64,000 nucleotides of DNA from Octopus vulgaris. Lineage: Eukaryota. The position numbers and the translations under genes were made by a program. Positions 1-12,528 of the stretch are shown here, in pieces. Each line of letters opens with the position of its first letter. Position 1 is the stretch's first letter. A model generated the notes under the pieces. That model made no database searches. It was given only the letters and a program-made list of their open reading frames with translations, and was not told where the DNA came from. The stretch lies in assembly GCA_951406725.2 (NCBI GenBank), contig OX597820.1, forward strand, positions 116,560,001-116,624,000, read 5' to 3'.

Positions 1-68
1 AACTATAGCACCAGGCCAATCGATGCCTTGTCAGTGGATTTCAAAGACAGAAATTGAAAGAGGCCCTT

Positions 69-345
69 CACATCATCATCATCATCATCGTCGTTTAACG
101 TCCGCTTTCCATGCTAGCATGGGTTGGACGATTTTGACTGAGGACTGGCGAACCAGATGGCTGCATCAGACTCCAATCTTGATCTGGCAGAGTTTCTACA
201 GCTGGATGCCCTTCCTAATGCCAGCTACTCCGAGAGTGTAGTGGGTGCTTTTTACGTGCCACCAGCACGGGGGTCAGTCAGGCGGTACTGGCAATGACCT
301 CGCTCACATCTTTTTACACATGCCACTGGCACAGGTGCCAATCAT
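69..345 (-). mobile_element. Family B retroposon 3' end (RTE-like 3' UTR or SINE with (GAT)n tail)
   Basis: catcatcat-cgtttaacgtccgctttccatgctagcatgggttgg...ctacagctggatgcccttcctaa shared with about 20 copies in the window. Confidence 0.8.
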
Positions 346-1767
346 TTTGTATCCGTATCCCATGCCGGCATGGGTTGGACAGTTTGACAGGATCTGACAG
401 TTTAGTGGAGTATGTTGAGCTTCACTGTCTGTTTCAGTGTCTTCTCTGGCAGGGTTCCCAAGGCTGGACGCCTTTCCTAATGCTAACCACTTTGCAGTGT
501 ATACTGGATGCCTTTTCATGTCTCCAATACAAGATCACCAAGAAGCTGTGTGTATGAGTGCGTGTGTTGAGTGTGCATGTGTTTGTGTATGTGTATGTAT
601 GTTTGTATTTTCTTGTATATGATGGTCACTGTCATAGAAGCAATGTCATTCCTTTCCAATATTCTGCAAAACCATGTCTGGCCACAGGGAAATATTATTT
701 GGCCTGGAAACAAGTAGGGCTTAGCCACAGGGACAGCATCTGGCTGCGGAAAATCAGCCTCAGTTCAGACCACCTTTACCAAAATTTAAAATACTCTATT
801 TTCCCCACTGAAAATGATGCTAACAGACAGGAGGAGGAGGAAGAGGAGAGGAAGGAAAGGAAAAATAAAGAGGAAAAAGAAAAAAAGAAACAAGAAAGAA
901 TGACAGAGAAAAGAGGAGAAAGATTTTCACAGTTGTAAATGACAGTAACATCAATATTGAACTTCTAAAAATTAAAATTACCATCCTGGAACGGAACCAA
1001 CAAATGGTTTTTGCAGTCTTGAATGTCTGCAATGAGCTCTTTGCTTTTCTTTCTCAATGCTTTCTCTCCTAAATAACATTTCTTCCAATATCGTTCTAAC
1101 TACTGTCGTGAGGAAATAAATTTATTTCGGGTCATGGGGAAACTAAACTTTACAGAGTTGGTAAAATTCCACAATTCTAATAATAGAGAATTTTATTTAT
1201 TTACTCCCCCCCTCCCCTTAATTCAATCATTGATCGTTGACTGGTCATCATCATCACCATCATCATCATCAATGTCATTCAAAAGCACATTGTGTTGCAC
1301 TTTTTTTTATTTCTCTCTAATCTTTTAGAAACTTGGCAAAAAGCCAATGTTCTTCAGAGAATCACAATTACGAGATAAAAGAATCAAATTTTAAAATAAA
1401 ATAAATTAAAAATTCAATCACAAGATGCGTTTTTTTTTTTGTGGTGGTGGTGGTGGTGGGCGGGGGGCAGATATTTCATTATATTTATTATAATTTATAT
1501 TATTTTTCTCTATTTTATCAAAGTAATTATTTTGTTGTCAGTCATTTGATAATCTTCTTTTATGATACAAACATTTCAAAGAGTTTAAAGATGAAAAAAA
1601 CAAAAAAAAAAAAGCAAAATGCACCTTGTCTCCCACCTCCATACACCCCCATCATACCCTTAAAAAGAAAATGTGAAAGGGGTGGGGGTGAAGAAAATAT
1701 GTACCAGTAATTACCATGGAGAGAAAATAAAGATCATAAAGGGGAAATTGAGAAAATTGACACTCAC

Positions 1768-1845
1768 AAACCAGATCGTCAGAAGCGTATGTTGCAGCCA
1801 TGTTCTTAAAAGCACCACCAATTTTCTGATATTCCCTTTTGAAAG
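1768..1845 (-). CDS. SH3PX1: Sorting nexin BAR exon ([P]FKREYQKIGGAFKNMAATYASDDLV)
   Basis: PFKREYQKIG.AF family motif; tttcatttcag acceptor, gtgagt donor; 78 nt, phase 1-1. Gene continues below position 1. Confidence 0.94.
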
Positions 1846-2269
1846 CTGAAATGAAAAATTACACAATGAATAAACATACACATAATATGCACGCGTGTGC
1901 ATCTGTGTGTGTGTGTATACATGCACACATATGTATGTGTATATGTATGCCTGTGTATGTGTATATGTATGCCTGTGTATGTGTATATGTATGCCTGTGT
2001 ATGTGTATATGTATACCTGTGTGTGTGTGTGTGTTGTAGTGTAAGAATTTAATAAAAAAAATATTGGTTTCAAATTTTGGCACAAGGCCAGCAATTTCAA
2101 AAGGAAGGGTAAATTGATTACATCGATCCCAGTGTTCAACTGGTAGTTATTTTATCGATCCTGAAAGGATGAAAGGCAAAGTCGCCCCAGCAGCATTTGA
2201 ACCCTGAACAAAGATGGATGAAATGCCACTAAGCATTTTGCTTAGCATGCTAAGCTCACTGCTTTTGTC

Positions 2270-2883
2270 GCATAACCAGCCCACTTAATAAAGTACTTTG
2301 GATCATTGGGTGACATGCCGTGCTTGAGGAGACCTATGGAGTCAAGTACACCAAAATCAAATCAAACCACAATCAAATGGAAATTGTAGCTGTGACTGAT
2401 ACCAGTGCCACTTGACTGGCTCCCGTGCTAGTGGCATGTGATAAGCACCATTCATGCGTAGATCACTGCCAGTGCTGCCTGACTGGCTCCCTTGCTGGTG
2501 GCATGCAATAAGCACCATTCATGCGTGGGTTGTAGCCAGTGCCATCTGACTGGTTCCCCATGCTGTTGGCATGTAAAATGCATCATCTGAATGTGGCTGA
2601 TGCCAGTGCCGCCTGACTGTGCCAGTGGCATGTAAAAAGCACTATCCGAACATGATCGATGCCAGCCCCCTCGCCCTGACTGGCTCCTGTGCCAGTGGCA
2701 CGTAAAAAGCACCCACTACACTCTCAGAGTGGTTGGCATTAGGAAGGGCATCCAGCTGTCGAAACCTTGCCAGATCAGACTAGAGCGTGGCATGGCCTCC
2801 TGGCTTGCCAGACCCCAGTCAAACCGTCTGACCCATGCCAGCATGGAAAACGGATGTTAAACAATGATGATGATGATGATGAT
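2270..2883 (+). mobile_element. Family B retroposon with internal ~60-bp degenerate tandem units and (GAT)n tail
   Basis: Repeated gactggctcccgtgc..gtggcatgtaaaagcacc units, then aaaagcacccactacactc...gttaaacaatgatgatg. Other + copies at about 31800-32125, 33470-33940, 40340-40832, 41197-41468, 43520-43918, 56505-56766 and 61147-61445. Confidence 0.8.
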
Positions 2884-2964
2884 ATATTATGTAATTCAAA
2901 CACAGACCAACATAAGACTCAATACACTGAGTATAGTGAATAGATGAGTCTATTATTATCTGAA

Positions 2965-3860
2965 AACTTGACAGTTTTGTCCCAGGCAGACTTGCTGTGA
3001 AGCAAAATATTTCTCCAGCAGCTGTCTCAACAAAGAAAGTGGCATTAGTTGTACTTTCTGGCACAAAAACCAAACTGCATCCCAATCTATTTTAATTCTC
3101 ATTCTAATCAGTTGAGCTGTAAATTTTCAGCACTGACAAAACAGTTTCATACTTCTGTAGTTTCCTGCCTCTTTTGCCCTTGTGGCAGTTAACAATTACT
3201 GCTGTTATGTCAGTCATTAAACATGATAGCCTCCTGTACTACCTGAATTACTATGCAGGTGATTAGCCTATGTCCTGCTTTACCAGATATTTGAAGCATT
3301 TCGGCAATAATTCCTGATGGACCAGGTGCCTCCACAACCTTCATATCCTTAATTGTGCAATCCATCATGCTGCAATAATTCAATCAACTCAAATGGTTCC
3401 TCTCTCTCTCTCTCTCTCTCTCTGTTGGGTCAACTTCAGGTCAATAATCTTCCTGTTGTACATTCTCCTCATTCAAAAACTTTTTGTAAGAAGGATTAAA
3501 ATCACTTTATGCAATGCCTCTAAGAGCAAAAACGCCTTTAGCATTCTGTAAATACTTCTTCCCAGATGTCCTAACTTCTTCACTGCCCACCAGCCAACCT
3601 CTGATCTTGCCATCTCACATTTAACCTTTCTTCCTGCAACTTGTTATGGCTCTATGCTGCCTCCATTCTTCCTGTGTTGAGAAACCTGGCTCTTAGCCTT
3701 TGTGACTCTGGCTGCAGCTCTTATTCCACCAATGTGTTATACTCTTTTTTTTTTACAGAGATCTTCCACCACACACAGATCTGGTTACTCAGTTGTATCT
3801 GCCTTCTCCAAATGATACAAGTATTAATGTCACAATGGTGCTCAATATCTAGAACTAAAG
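2965..3860 (-). mobile_element. Degenerate RTE-clade LINE reverse transcriptase fragment
   Basis: Minus strand reads IKDMKVVEAPGPSGIIAEMLQISG and MQFGF...STTNATFFV, matching non-LTR RT domain 0-2 motifs, with stops and frameshifts. Confidence 0.75.
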
Positions 3861-4419
3861 CTAATTGAACTGTGCACACCTAAAACATATACTGGAAATA
3901 ACAAGACATTGAAATAAAATCTGTATGAGACTCCAAACTTTGAGATCTCAAAGTTTCATGTGTTACATACACAATCATCAATTGGGACACATTCTTATAA
4001 TCATGTATATCCAGTTTATAAAAGCACAGAGTTAAGTCCTTTTCTTAAAAGAAAAATGCAGCAGAAGAAGCAGACGTGAGTTTCATACAAATAAACTCAA
4101 AGACGAATTTTAAATGTATAAACTTTACAAAGTACAAAGTGGTTTACAAATTCAACTTGTTCCTGAAGGCTGTTTGCCACCTGAAATGTTTGTAAATCAG
4201 AACTATTTTTCCTAAATTAGGCTAAAGCACCAAAGCAGATCAGAAGGCATCGAGATACAAGAGGAAAGAAAATAATCATTTGGTGACAAATGGTAATGAG
4301 TATTATTTTAATGCCACAAAGAAAGAAAGATAAGGGAAGGAACAGGCCTCAACACAAGCTCAAATGAGCTTGTTCACCGATACGCAAACACATACATTTA
4401 CCTGCTCCCTCAGACAAAT

Positions 4420-4780
4420 CATCATCATCATCATTGCTTAACATCTGCCTTCCATGCTGCCATGGCTTGGGTGGTTTGACTGAGGACTGGCAAGCCAATA
4501 GGCTGCACCAAGGCTCCAATCGGAATCTGGCAAGGTTTCTACAGCTGGATGCTCTTCTTAATGCCAACCACTCTGTGAGTGTAGTGGGTCCTTTTTACAT
4601 GCCACCGGCATGGGGGCTAGTCAGGCAGTACTGGCATTGACCACACTTGAATGGTGCTTTTTAAGTGCCGCCAGCACGGGACCACTCAGAAAGCACTGGC
4701 ATCAACCACGCTCATATGGTGCTTTTTATGTGCCACCAGCAAAGGAGCCAGTACGGTGGGACTGGCATTAACCACAATGA
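4420..4780 (-). mobile_element. Family B retroposon copy
   Basis: Same (CAT)n start and ctacagctggatg core. Other - copies at about 38990-39450, 52780-53090, 57590-57860 and 59106-59485. Confidence 0.75.
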
Positions 4781-5553
4781 TTTTTGAGAAATGTAAAACA
4801 AACTATGAGTTTGGCCAGTCTTTTCTATATTTCAATATATTAATATTTCTTGGTATATTCTATAACTTGAAGGAATGGCATCATGAACAATTTTTGTTGA
4901 GGCTTTAATAATGTCTTAAAGAATTTGGGTAATGGACATTTTGTGTTTTTGAAATTAACAAGTGTATACAACTCAGAAAGCAGCAGGAAACCTTATGTTT
5001 GAAAGGAAAATACTGAGGATCTGAAGATGAGTTTTTCAAATTACAGAAATCATTTTGAATATTTCATTATCATCATTTAACATCCAGCTTCCATGCTAGC
5101 ATCGGTTGGACAGTTCAAAAGCAGCTGGCAAGACAGAGAGCTGCACCTAGGGTCCATTAGTCTGTAATGGCATGATTTCAACAGTTGGGTGCCCTTTTTA
5201 ACATGCAACCCTTTCACAGAGTGTACTGGGTACTTTTTATGTGGCACTGGCACTAGTGAAGCCACCAAATAACTTGCAGGAGAAGACATCACCACCACCT
5301 CAACTGAAAGGTGGATATATATATATATATGAATAAATGAAAGAATGGAGTCGAATGAAGATGTTAACAAAATTCCTTTACTCTCGACATATGTTTTGAA
5401 GACAACATGTTTTCATTCCAAAAGAATAAAGGGTGCATTATGCAATCTTCTCATCAGGAAAGAAAGGGAGCCTCTCTCGACAACAAGACAAACAAAAATT
5501 TCAATGACTGCCTACATGGTAAACAAAACGATAAACATAGGATAATTCATTCA

Positions 5554-5556
<3 letters not shown>

Positions 5557-5636
<80 letters not shown>
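5557..5636. repeat. (TA)n(GA)n compound microsatellite, representative of many in the window
   Basis: Directly visible dinucleotide runs. Confidence 0.95.
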
Positions 5637-5639
<3 letters not shown>

Positions 5640-6121
5640 GTGATGAGAGGTTAATGTATGATAGAGGGACAGGAATAGGCATCTTGCTGTACGAGAGATC
5701 CATGGTTACCCCAATTGGAAAAGAAAGAAGACAGTGGGGAAGATGTGTCAGGATATACTCTCAAGTGACGAGAAAGGGGTGAATATAAGAAAAGTGGTAT
5801 GGATGGGTAAGTTCTTACTACAGACCCTCTGGCTACTCATCTCTGATTAGTCTTCTACAACTGTTGAAATACTCTTAATTCTTCTTAAACAGATTTTCCT
5901 TCAATTCTTTATCCTTACAGATTACGAGTTCAAAATCTGCAAGGTATAACTTTGTCATTTATTCTTCTGGGGTTAAAGACAGCAGGTGACTGACTCTGGC
6001 ACATTCCCTACGAATTAGCGGCATGGGGCCAATCTGGCATATCATAAATTATTAGATTAGAGAAATGAATATAATAAAAAAAAAAGGTAGAACAACAATT
6101 CAAAGCAATGTAGGAACTCAC

Positions 6122-6225
6122 GCGCTTGGTGTTTCTTCATGTTATCATGAAAGACATTCAGCAGATGTTTAACATTATCATCCATGTTCCGAACAAACTT
6201 GGAAAAGTTTTCTAGCTTTTCTTCC
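6122..6225 (-). CDS. SH3PX1: Sorting nexin BAR exon ([T]EEKLENFSKFVRNMDDNVKHLLNVFHDNMKKHQA[P])
   Basis: F..F...MDD.V BAR helix-1 motif; ctttttccag acceptor, gtgagt donor; 104 nt, phase 2-1. Confidence 0.95.
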
Positions 6226-7319
6226 CTGGAAAAAGACAGATAAAAGAAACATTTATTTAGATGCAATCACCACACAACAAAGAAAGAAAGACAGAAAGAA
6301 CAGAGAAGCAAATGAGGCAACCTGTAAACAATTACTTGACTAGCTAAAAATAGAGGCCAAGTTCCCCTCAATTTACATTAAAGACCATACATTATACAGG
6401 AAGGTGGGGACTGGAATACCTATTATCAGTCTGTTGGATCAGGGATAATCTAGGCTAAACGACAACAACATACTCTCAAAGCTTGTATATTAAAAAAGGG
6501 TTAATTCTGACACATCACACAGAATCACATATTCTGCCCAAATTAATACTGTATCTTTGTCAAAACATCTAGTGTGGGAGAACAGAGTAGCACAACGTTT
6601 AGTTTACTCATAGTGTTGTGACAGTGTGAAGGGTGACTGTAAGAAATGTAATTCAAGAAATTGCAGTTTGAAAAAAGGTAACTGTAAAAATTTCAGTTGT
6701 AAGAAATCCATTTCTTTCACCAACAATTAATTCTGAACATTTTTGTATCAATCATTCAATACACAACTTATATAAATTGAAGCCATTAACCCGCTCTGTT
6801 TTGCTTAGCTCATACTGTCAGAAGTGTATTATAAGTATCGAAAAGATGTGGATTGTACTAAGTGTTATTGTATGTTTAATATGATATGTTAAGTTGTATA
6901 GAATGTTCTGCCTTTAGTATTTATTTATATGTGCAAACATCTATACCATAATGAAGAAAGCTGCTTGTTAATTAGTTATGAGTGTGTAATTTTTGTTAAA
7001 AGAAAGCAATTCTTAAAGTGTACACTGTCTAGAAAATTCTTTAAAATTCCAATTTTTAATATATGTAGATTTAAAAAAAAATCAAAATATGCTTTTCAAA
7101 CATGTTTTATTATTGAAGCTTTCAACTGCACAACTAACTTAAAATTATATTTAATACTGCAAATTTAAGTTTTGTTTTCATTTTCCCTTATTTCTACCTA
7201 TCTACTTGTAAGTTTTTGAAATTTGATCTTCAAAAATTTCCTTGGTTTTGAATTCAAAGATATATGTCCAACCCATGCTAGCATGGAGAACGGACGTTAA
7301 ACGATGATGATGATTTAAC

Positions 7320-7610
7320 TCATTTTCCATCGACTCTAATGCTATCCGACCACTCTCCTCCAAAGTCAATGCAATTCAATGCATCTCTCCTCCCACTTCT
7401 TTATGCCAACTGCATCATTTCTTGGGGATTGTCAACTTCTACAGGAGATTCATACCTAAATGTGCAGACAAGTTACTTCCCTTGACTCAACTATTGAAAG
7501 CAAATAAAAATTAAAAAAATTCTCCTAAAACTTTATCTGCCGAAGCATTATCTTCTTTTGAGTCAATCAAGAAAGAATTAGCTTCTGCTCCTTTGCTTGC
7601 ACATCCTCTT
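7320..7610 (+). mobile_element. Ty3/gypsy pol fragment (RT thumb/connection)
   Basis: Translates IRPLSSKVNAIQCISPPTSLCQLHHFLGIVNFYRRFIPKCADKLLPLTQLLK...ALSSFESIKKELASAPLLAHP. Confidence 0.85.
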
Positions 7611-7904
7611 GGCCATACTTTTCCTGTCTAAATATTCTTGTAAAGATCTAAATAAGTGGAAGTCTGACGAAACAAGGTCAGTTAGCATTTTCTCTCATCC
7701 AAATGACTCTGGAACATTTTTAGTGATTTGCATAGTGTGAAGGCTGAACCTTGTCATTAAGGAAAACCATCCATTATGTGCTTTATTTACACAGGTCATT
7801 TTTCTATCCAAAGCAGCCTTCAAACAGTGAAGCTGTTGACTGTAGACTACAAAAGTGATTTGGTCCAAAAAGCTCAAAAAAGAAAAAAAAAAAAAAAAAA
7901 ACCA

Positions 7905-8316
7905 CAGGAGTGGCTGTGTGGTAAGTAGCTTGCTAACCAACCACATGGTTCCGGGTTCAGTCCCACTGCGTGGCATCTTGGGCAAGTGTCTTCTGCTATA
8001 GCCCCGGGCTGACCAATGCCTTGTGAGTGGATTTGGTAGACGGAAACTGAAAGCAGCCTGTCGTATATATGTATATATATATATATAAGTGTGTGTATAT
8101 ATGTTTGTGTGTCTGTGTTTGTCCCCCTAGCATTGCTTGACAACCGATGCTGGTGTGTTTACGTCCCCGTCACTTAGCGGTTCGGCAAAAGAGACCAATA
8201 GAATAAGTACTGGGCTTACAAAGAATAAGTCCCGGGGTCAATTTGCTCGACTAAAGGTGGTGCTCCAGCATGGCCGCAGTCAAATGACTGAAACAAGTAA
8301 AAGAGTAAAAGAGTAA
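7905..8316 (+). mobile_element. Family A tRNA-derived CORE-like SINE, full length
   Basis: A/B-box-like head (tggctgtgtggt; gggttcagtccc), CORE-like cttgggcaagt, internal (TA)n/(TG)n, cagtcaaatgactg stem-loop and (gtaaaaga)n tail. Confidence 0.88.
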
Positions 8317-8479
8317 CTCTTTCCCATATCTCACCAAAAGCTCAAAACTTAGTTTGAATGAAGTTTCCCTTATGGACACGATACCAGTTTGGATCTGGAC
8401 TTAAAAGAATCCATTTTTTTTTTTTATCTCCAGTCATGATCTGGTTATGTGTATGGAGAGATCCTCAGTAGTTGAACCA

Positions 8480-8900
8480 TTGCTGACGATTTACTGCTAA
8501 AAGAGCATGAAGAACCCATTCTCCCCACTATGAAACTTTTCCTAGTTCCGTCAAAGAACAGTCATAATGCTAACATTACATTCAGGAGAAAGCTCTCTCA
8601 CTGTCACAGCAAGATTCTTTGCAAGTGTTGCCTCTGGCAATTTGTCATCCAATTTGGAAGGATATCCTGACCTCAGCTCATCAAACAAATTGAAATTTTT
8701 ATACCAGCATCGCTGTAACTTGATCATAAATCTTCTGAATATTTTTGGAAGTACACTTGTATTAGAACCTTGATGAACCTTGAAAAGCATAATGTGATGA
8801 ATATGATCTTTGATTTGATTCCATGATGAGTTCTTCAAATGGAAAATGAAGATACTAAAATACGGTTGCTACTCGACTGAAACAGTTCAGGAATCATAAT
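8480..8900 (-). mobile_element. Degenerate mariner transposase N-terminal fragment
   Basis: ORF 8551-8838 (KDHIHHIMLFKVHQG...DELRSGYPSKLDD) resembles the mariner HTH region also seen at 11256. Confidence 0.65.
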
Positions 8901-8965
8901 TATAGCAAAATCTATTTGCCTGTAACATGGCTTCTAGTTTGGTTCACAACTCATTCACTCTCTAT

Positions 8966-9001
<36 letters not shown>

Positions 9002-9399
9002 CAGGGATGTGCTGCCTAGGTGGGCAAGGTAGGGAGTGCCTACCTTGAATAAAAGAGATCGATAGCAGCATTTTCCTCTCATGCCAAAATATGCACATAA
9101 TTCAATAAAATTATGAAGGTTACTCTGCATAGAATACCAAATATCTTACTTTTTGGTATATTAGGCAGGCATAATTCGCTCCTGCCTTTCAATCTCAGTA
9201 TTAAAGCTACGCCTAGTAATGCTGTAGTACACATGTTGTGTACACCCCTACAAAACAATTTTCTTTATGGGTTCGAAAGGCAGAAGTAAATCTGCCTTCG
9301 ACTCAGTCTCACGCCCGTATTTCACTTATTTTTTGTGTGTTTCACTACATAAAGGTCACCAACTGCCTTCCCTGAGTAACTACTGATGGCACGTGCCTG
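9002..9399. mobile_element. Putative hAT-like non-autonomous element inside (TA)n
   Basis: Imperfect TIRs cagggatgtgc / gcacgtgcctg with (TA)n on both flanks. Confidence 0.5.
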
Positions 9400-10020
9400 A
9401 TTATATATATATATATATATATATACATACACGCACGTATTTCTTAATACAATTATTAAAGACATTAATCTACCACTTTTGAAAACATTTCTTATTTTAT
9501 AAGCTTATTACAGAATGGAAAGAAAATGATGAATCTTTGTTCTTTAAATTTTCCCTTGTGAAAACTTATGAATAAATCTTCGTTTTTCTCTGTTAAACTC
9601 TAATAAGTTACTTTCTTCCATATTAACATGTTCATACATGTTCACAAGTATTGCAACTATGAAAATGTTGAATTCGCTAAACACATTTTATAGACGGGCA
9701 TTGTTTGAGTGTCAAAATGTCCTGTCTGTTGTTTGTTGTATATAATATAATAATGAAATTATTGTATACAGTGCTCAGGGGCACCACAACTTGTCAGAAA
9801 GTGCATATAAAGTATATGCAGTAATGTAAAAATGTCTGGAAAGCGAACAATGTATGAGTCAGATACATGCTTGTATGTGTATGGAGGGGAGAAAATAATA
9901 ATGTTCATTCCTTTCTTCTCTTCCTTGACTCCTCACCACCCTCTCATTCTCTCTCTCCCTCTTTAATTTTATGTAAGATAAGTGTATATTGAAATATAAA
10001 CAGTTGAAAAATAATATAAG

Positions 10021-10240
10021 TATTGGGTTGGTGTATAATCATTGCAGCTTTTTCAACAAATTTTATTCAACAAAAACAATAACAATGTTTAACAAAAAAC
10101 ATCTTTAAATGATTATTCTGGAGCATATTCACCATCTCCTTCAATTACTGCTTCCCATTTGCTTGGCAGACGGTCAGAGCGTCATTTAAAGATGTTTTTG
10201 TTGAATAAAAAAAGCCGCAATAATTATGCCCCAACTCAAT
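10021..10240 (-). mobile_element. Internally deleted mariner (MITE-like)
   Basis: TIRs tattgggttggtgtataatcattgcagcttttt / aaaaagccgcaataattatgccccaactcaat; interior reads DRLPSKWEAVIEGDGEYAPE* on minus, a mariner C-terminus. Confidence 0.8.
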
Positions 10241-11079
10241 GTTTTGATCTATTAACTGCTTCTTGTAGTTCAATATTGTTTTACATTATTTAATTCTCTG
10301 TTGAATATACACCTCTATTTCAAGGAAACAGAATATTACATATTTCAAGCCTGAGACAACAGGCCATGCATTAGTCATTCTTATAACTTCTGCAGAAAAC
10401 AGGTTTCAAAACTTTCACAACTTTCTATACACAAAACCTGACACTACTTACGTATTAACATTTATTATTGTTATATAACATTACGACAACATGTCATGCG
10501 TACTGCCATATGTTATATAACACTGTACATATCAGGTGTTGTATTGTTTTGCGTCAATCACCTGGGATTTTTTTTTTTATGTAAATTAGTCAAAGGACTA
10601 GAAGCAATGCCCATGACCTTTCGATTTTTTCTCAAATTAAGGTGAGAGAAGAGTAAAGTGTGGTTGATTTTCAGCTTGAGCGTTTGTATGACTAAGCTTT
10701 CAAAGTGTAGACATATGTATATTTAACTCAACGTACATATAATATGCATATTTTGTGTGTATAAAATGTGTATGCATCTGTTCAGCCTTTCCTCCGTACA
10801 TAAATACATTACAGACACACATACGCACCTGTCTGCAAGCATATATCAATATATTGTGTAAAACACAAATGCATAAATGTATGCACACATCTATGAATAA
10901 TTCATAGACTCAAGGTAACAAGCACCCTTTACGCAGTCATTTCTGCAGCTAGAAATGGCAGTCAAATCGCCCTTAAATCATATCTTAAATATGGAGAGAA
11001 TTATGTAGATACTTCTAAAAAGATAAAACAGTCAAGACTAAAACAGGGCTGTTTGATCAAAATTGACAAGGGGCTAAAG

Positions 11080-12360
11080 TATGAGGTCATTCCATAAATA
11101 ATGTGGTTTTTTGAAATTACATGAACTAAAAGTCAGAGGGGAATGGGATAAACTACCTGCATCAATTTGCTATAAAAGGAGGTAGTAATTTTACCTTGTC
11201 TTTATTCTTAGTGCAAGTTTTGAAGATTTTAACAGTTATTTTTTTCAAAGCTGTAATGGAAGTGACAAAGGAGCATATTCGGCATATTTTGCTTTATGAG
11301 TTCAATAAAGGAAACAACGCAACGGAAAGTGTGAGGAATATTAATGCAGTATATGGAGATTGGACAATAAGTGTAAGCCAGTGTCAACGGTAATTCCAGA
11401 AATTCTAAACTGGAAACTACTGTCTAGAAGATGAGCCTCACCTGAGAAGATCTGTAGAGCTTGACGAGGACATCCTGCAAACCCTGGTGGAACAGAATCC
11501 CATAATAACTGTTGAAGAACTAACAGAGAAGCTTGGATTTGGTCATTCAACAATTCATCGACACCTGCATCCCATCAGAAAAGTCAGCAAGTTGGGTCTA
11601 TGGGTTGCTCACAAACTTTCTGAGTCTAATCACATGCAGCGAGTGAATGTGTGATCTTCTTTGCTGTCACGTCTCACGAATGAACCTTTTTTAGACTGAA
11701 TAGTGACTGGTGACAAGAAATGGGTTCTCCATAAAAATGTCAAGTGCTGAAGACAGTGGATAGAGAAAGGAGAAACACCGGCACCTCAGGCTAAAAAAGG
11801 TCTTCACCCACGTAGGGTGTTATTATCTGTTTGGTGGGATATGAAAGGTTTAGTCCACTTTGAACTTTTAAACCCAAACCAAACGATAACAAACGAGATC
11901 AACTGCAAGCAGTTTGAGCAGCTTGAGTCAGCGCTAGAAGAAAAATGACCATTTTTGGTTTCAAGAGGAAAGGTGTGCTTCCACCAGAATAATGTTCGGC
12001 CACATACAGCAAGAATGACATTCCAAAGTGTGGAGCAGTTTAAACTGTATACAATGACCTCCACCATATTCGCTGGACATTGCCCCATCTGATTATCGTG
12101 TATTCCGCAGTTTTCAAAATCATTTGGATGGAAAAAATGTGAATTCTGTAGATGAGGTCAGAACAGAACTGAAGGAGTATTTTTCGTCACAGACAAGTGA
12201 ATTTTGGAAGAGGGGTCTTGCAAGTCTAGCAGATAGATGGAAGAGCATTGCAGAAAATGAAAGAGAGAATATTTTAGATTAAAAAAGAAGCTTGTTGATC
12301 TTAATTTTGAAAAATAAGAGAAATATACAAAAACTGCATTATTTATGGGATGACCCAATA
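11080..12360 (+). mobile_element. Full-length degenerate mariner transposon (~1.28 kb), pseudogenised transposase at about 11256-12282
   Basis: TIRs tatgaggtcattccataaataatg / cattatttatgggatgacccaata; MEVTKEHIRHILLYEF, WVAHKL, IVTGDKKW, HQNNVRPH and YSLDIAPSDY motifs with internal stops. Confidence 0.93.
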
Positions 12361-12427
12361 CAACCAAACACACACACACAAACTCACAAATTGCACAAAA
12401 ATCTGGCAAGATTTGTAGACAACTTAC

Positions 12428-12528
12428 GTTTCGTTCATATCTAAATTTGAAGGGTTTCGAATTGTCAGGAAATATTTACCACCCATATATTCATCTTTCT
12501 CAGCCTTTCTTTTCCCTTGCTTCCATTT
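12428..12528 (-). CDS. SH3PX1: Sorting nexin Yoke-C exon (KWKQGKRKAEKDEYMGGKYFLTIRNPSNLDMNE[T])
   Basis: WK.GKRKAEKDE signature of SNX9/18/33; ttccttcag acceptor, gtaagt donor; 101 nt, phase 0-2. Confidence 0.97.

Noticed and set aside
982-1068. 87-nt phase-1 cassette exon (ttatttag acceptor, gtaatt donor)
   Set aside because: Joining after exon 1768 creates T|GA stop, and the peptide does not resemble the expected BAR continuation.
7695-8143. Recurrent ORFs MSSNARGTNTDTQT... and MPKMPRSGTEPGTMW... as a multigene family
   Set aside because: They are translations of family A SINE copies.
11256-12282. Functional or domesticated transposase (SETMAR-like)
   Set aside because: Multiple in-frame stops and altered catalytic motifs; TIRs indicate an ordinary dead element.
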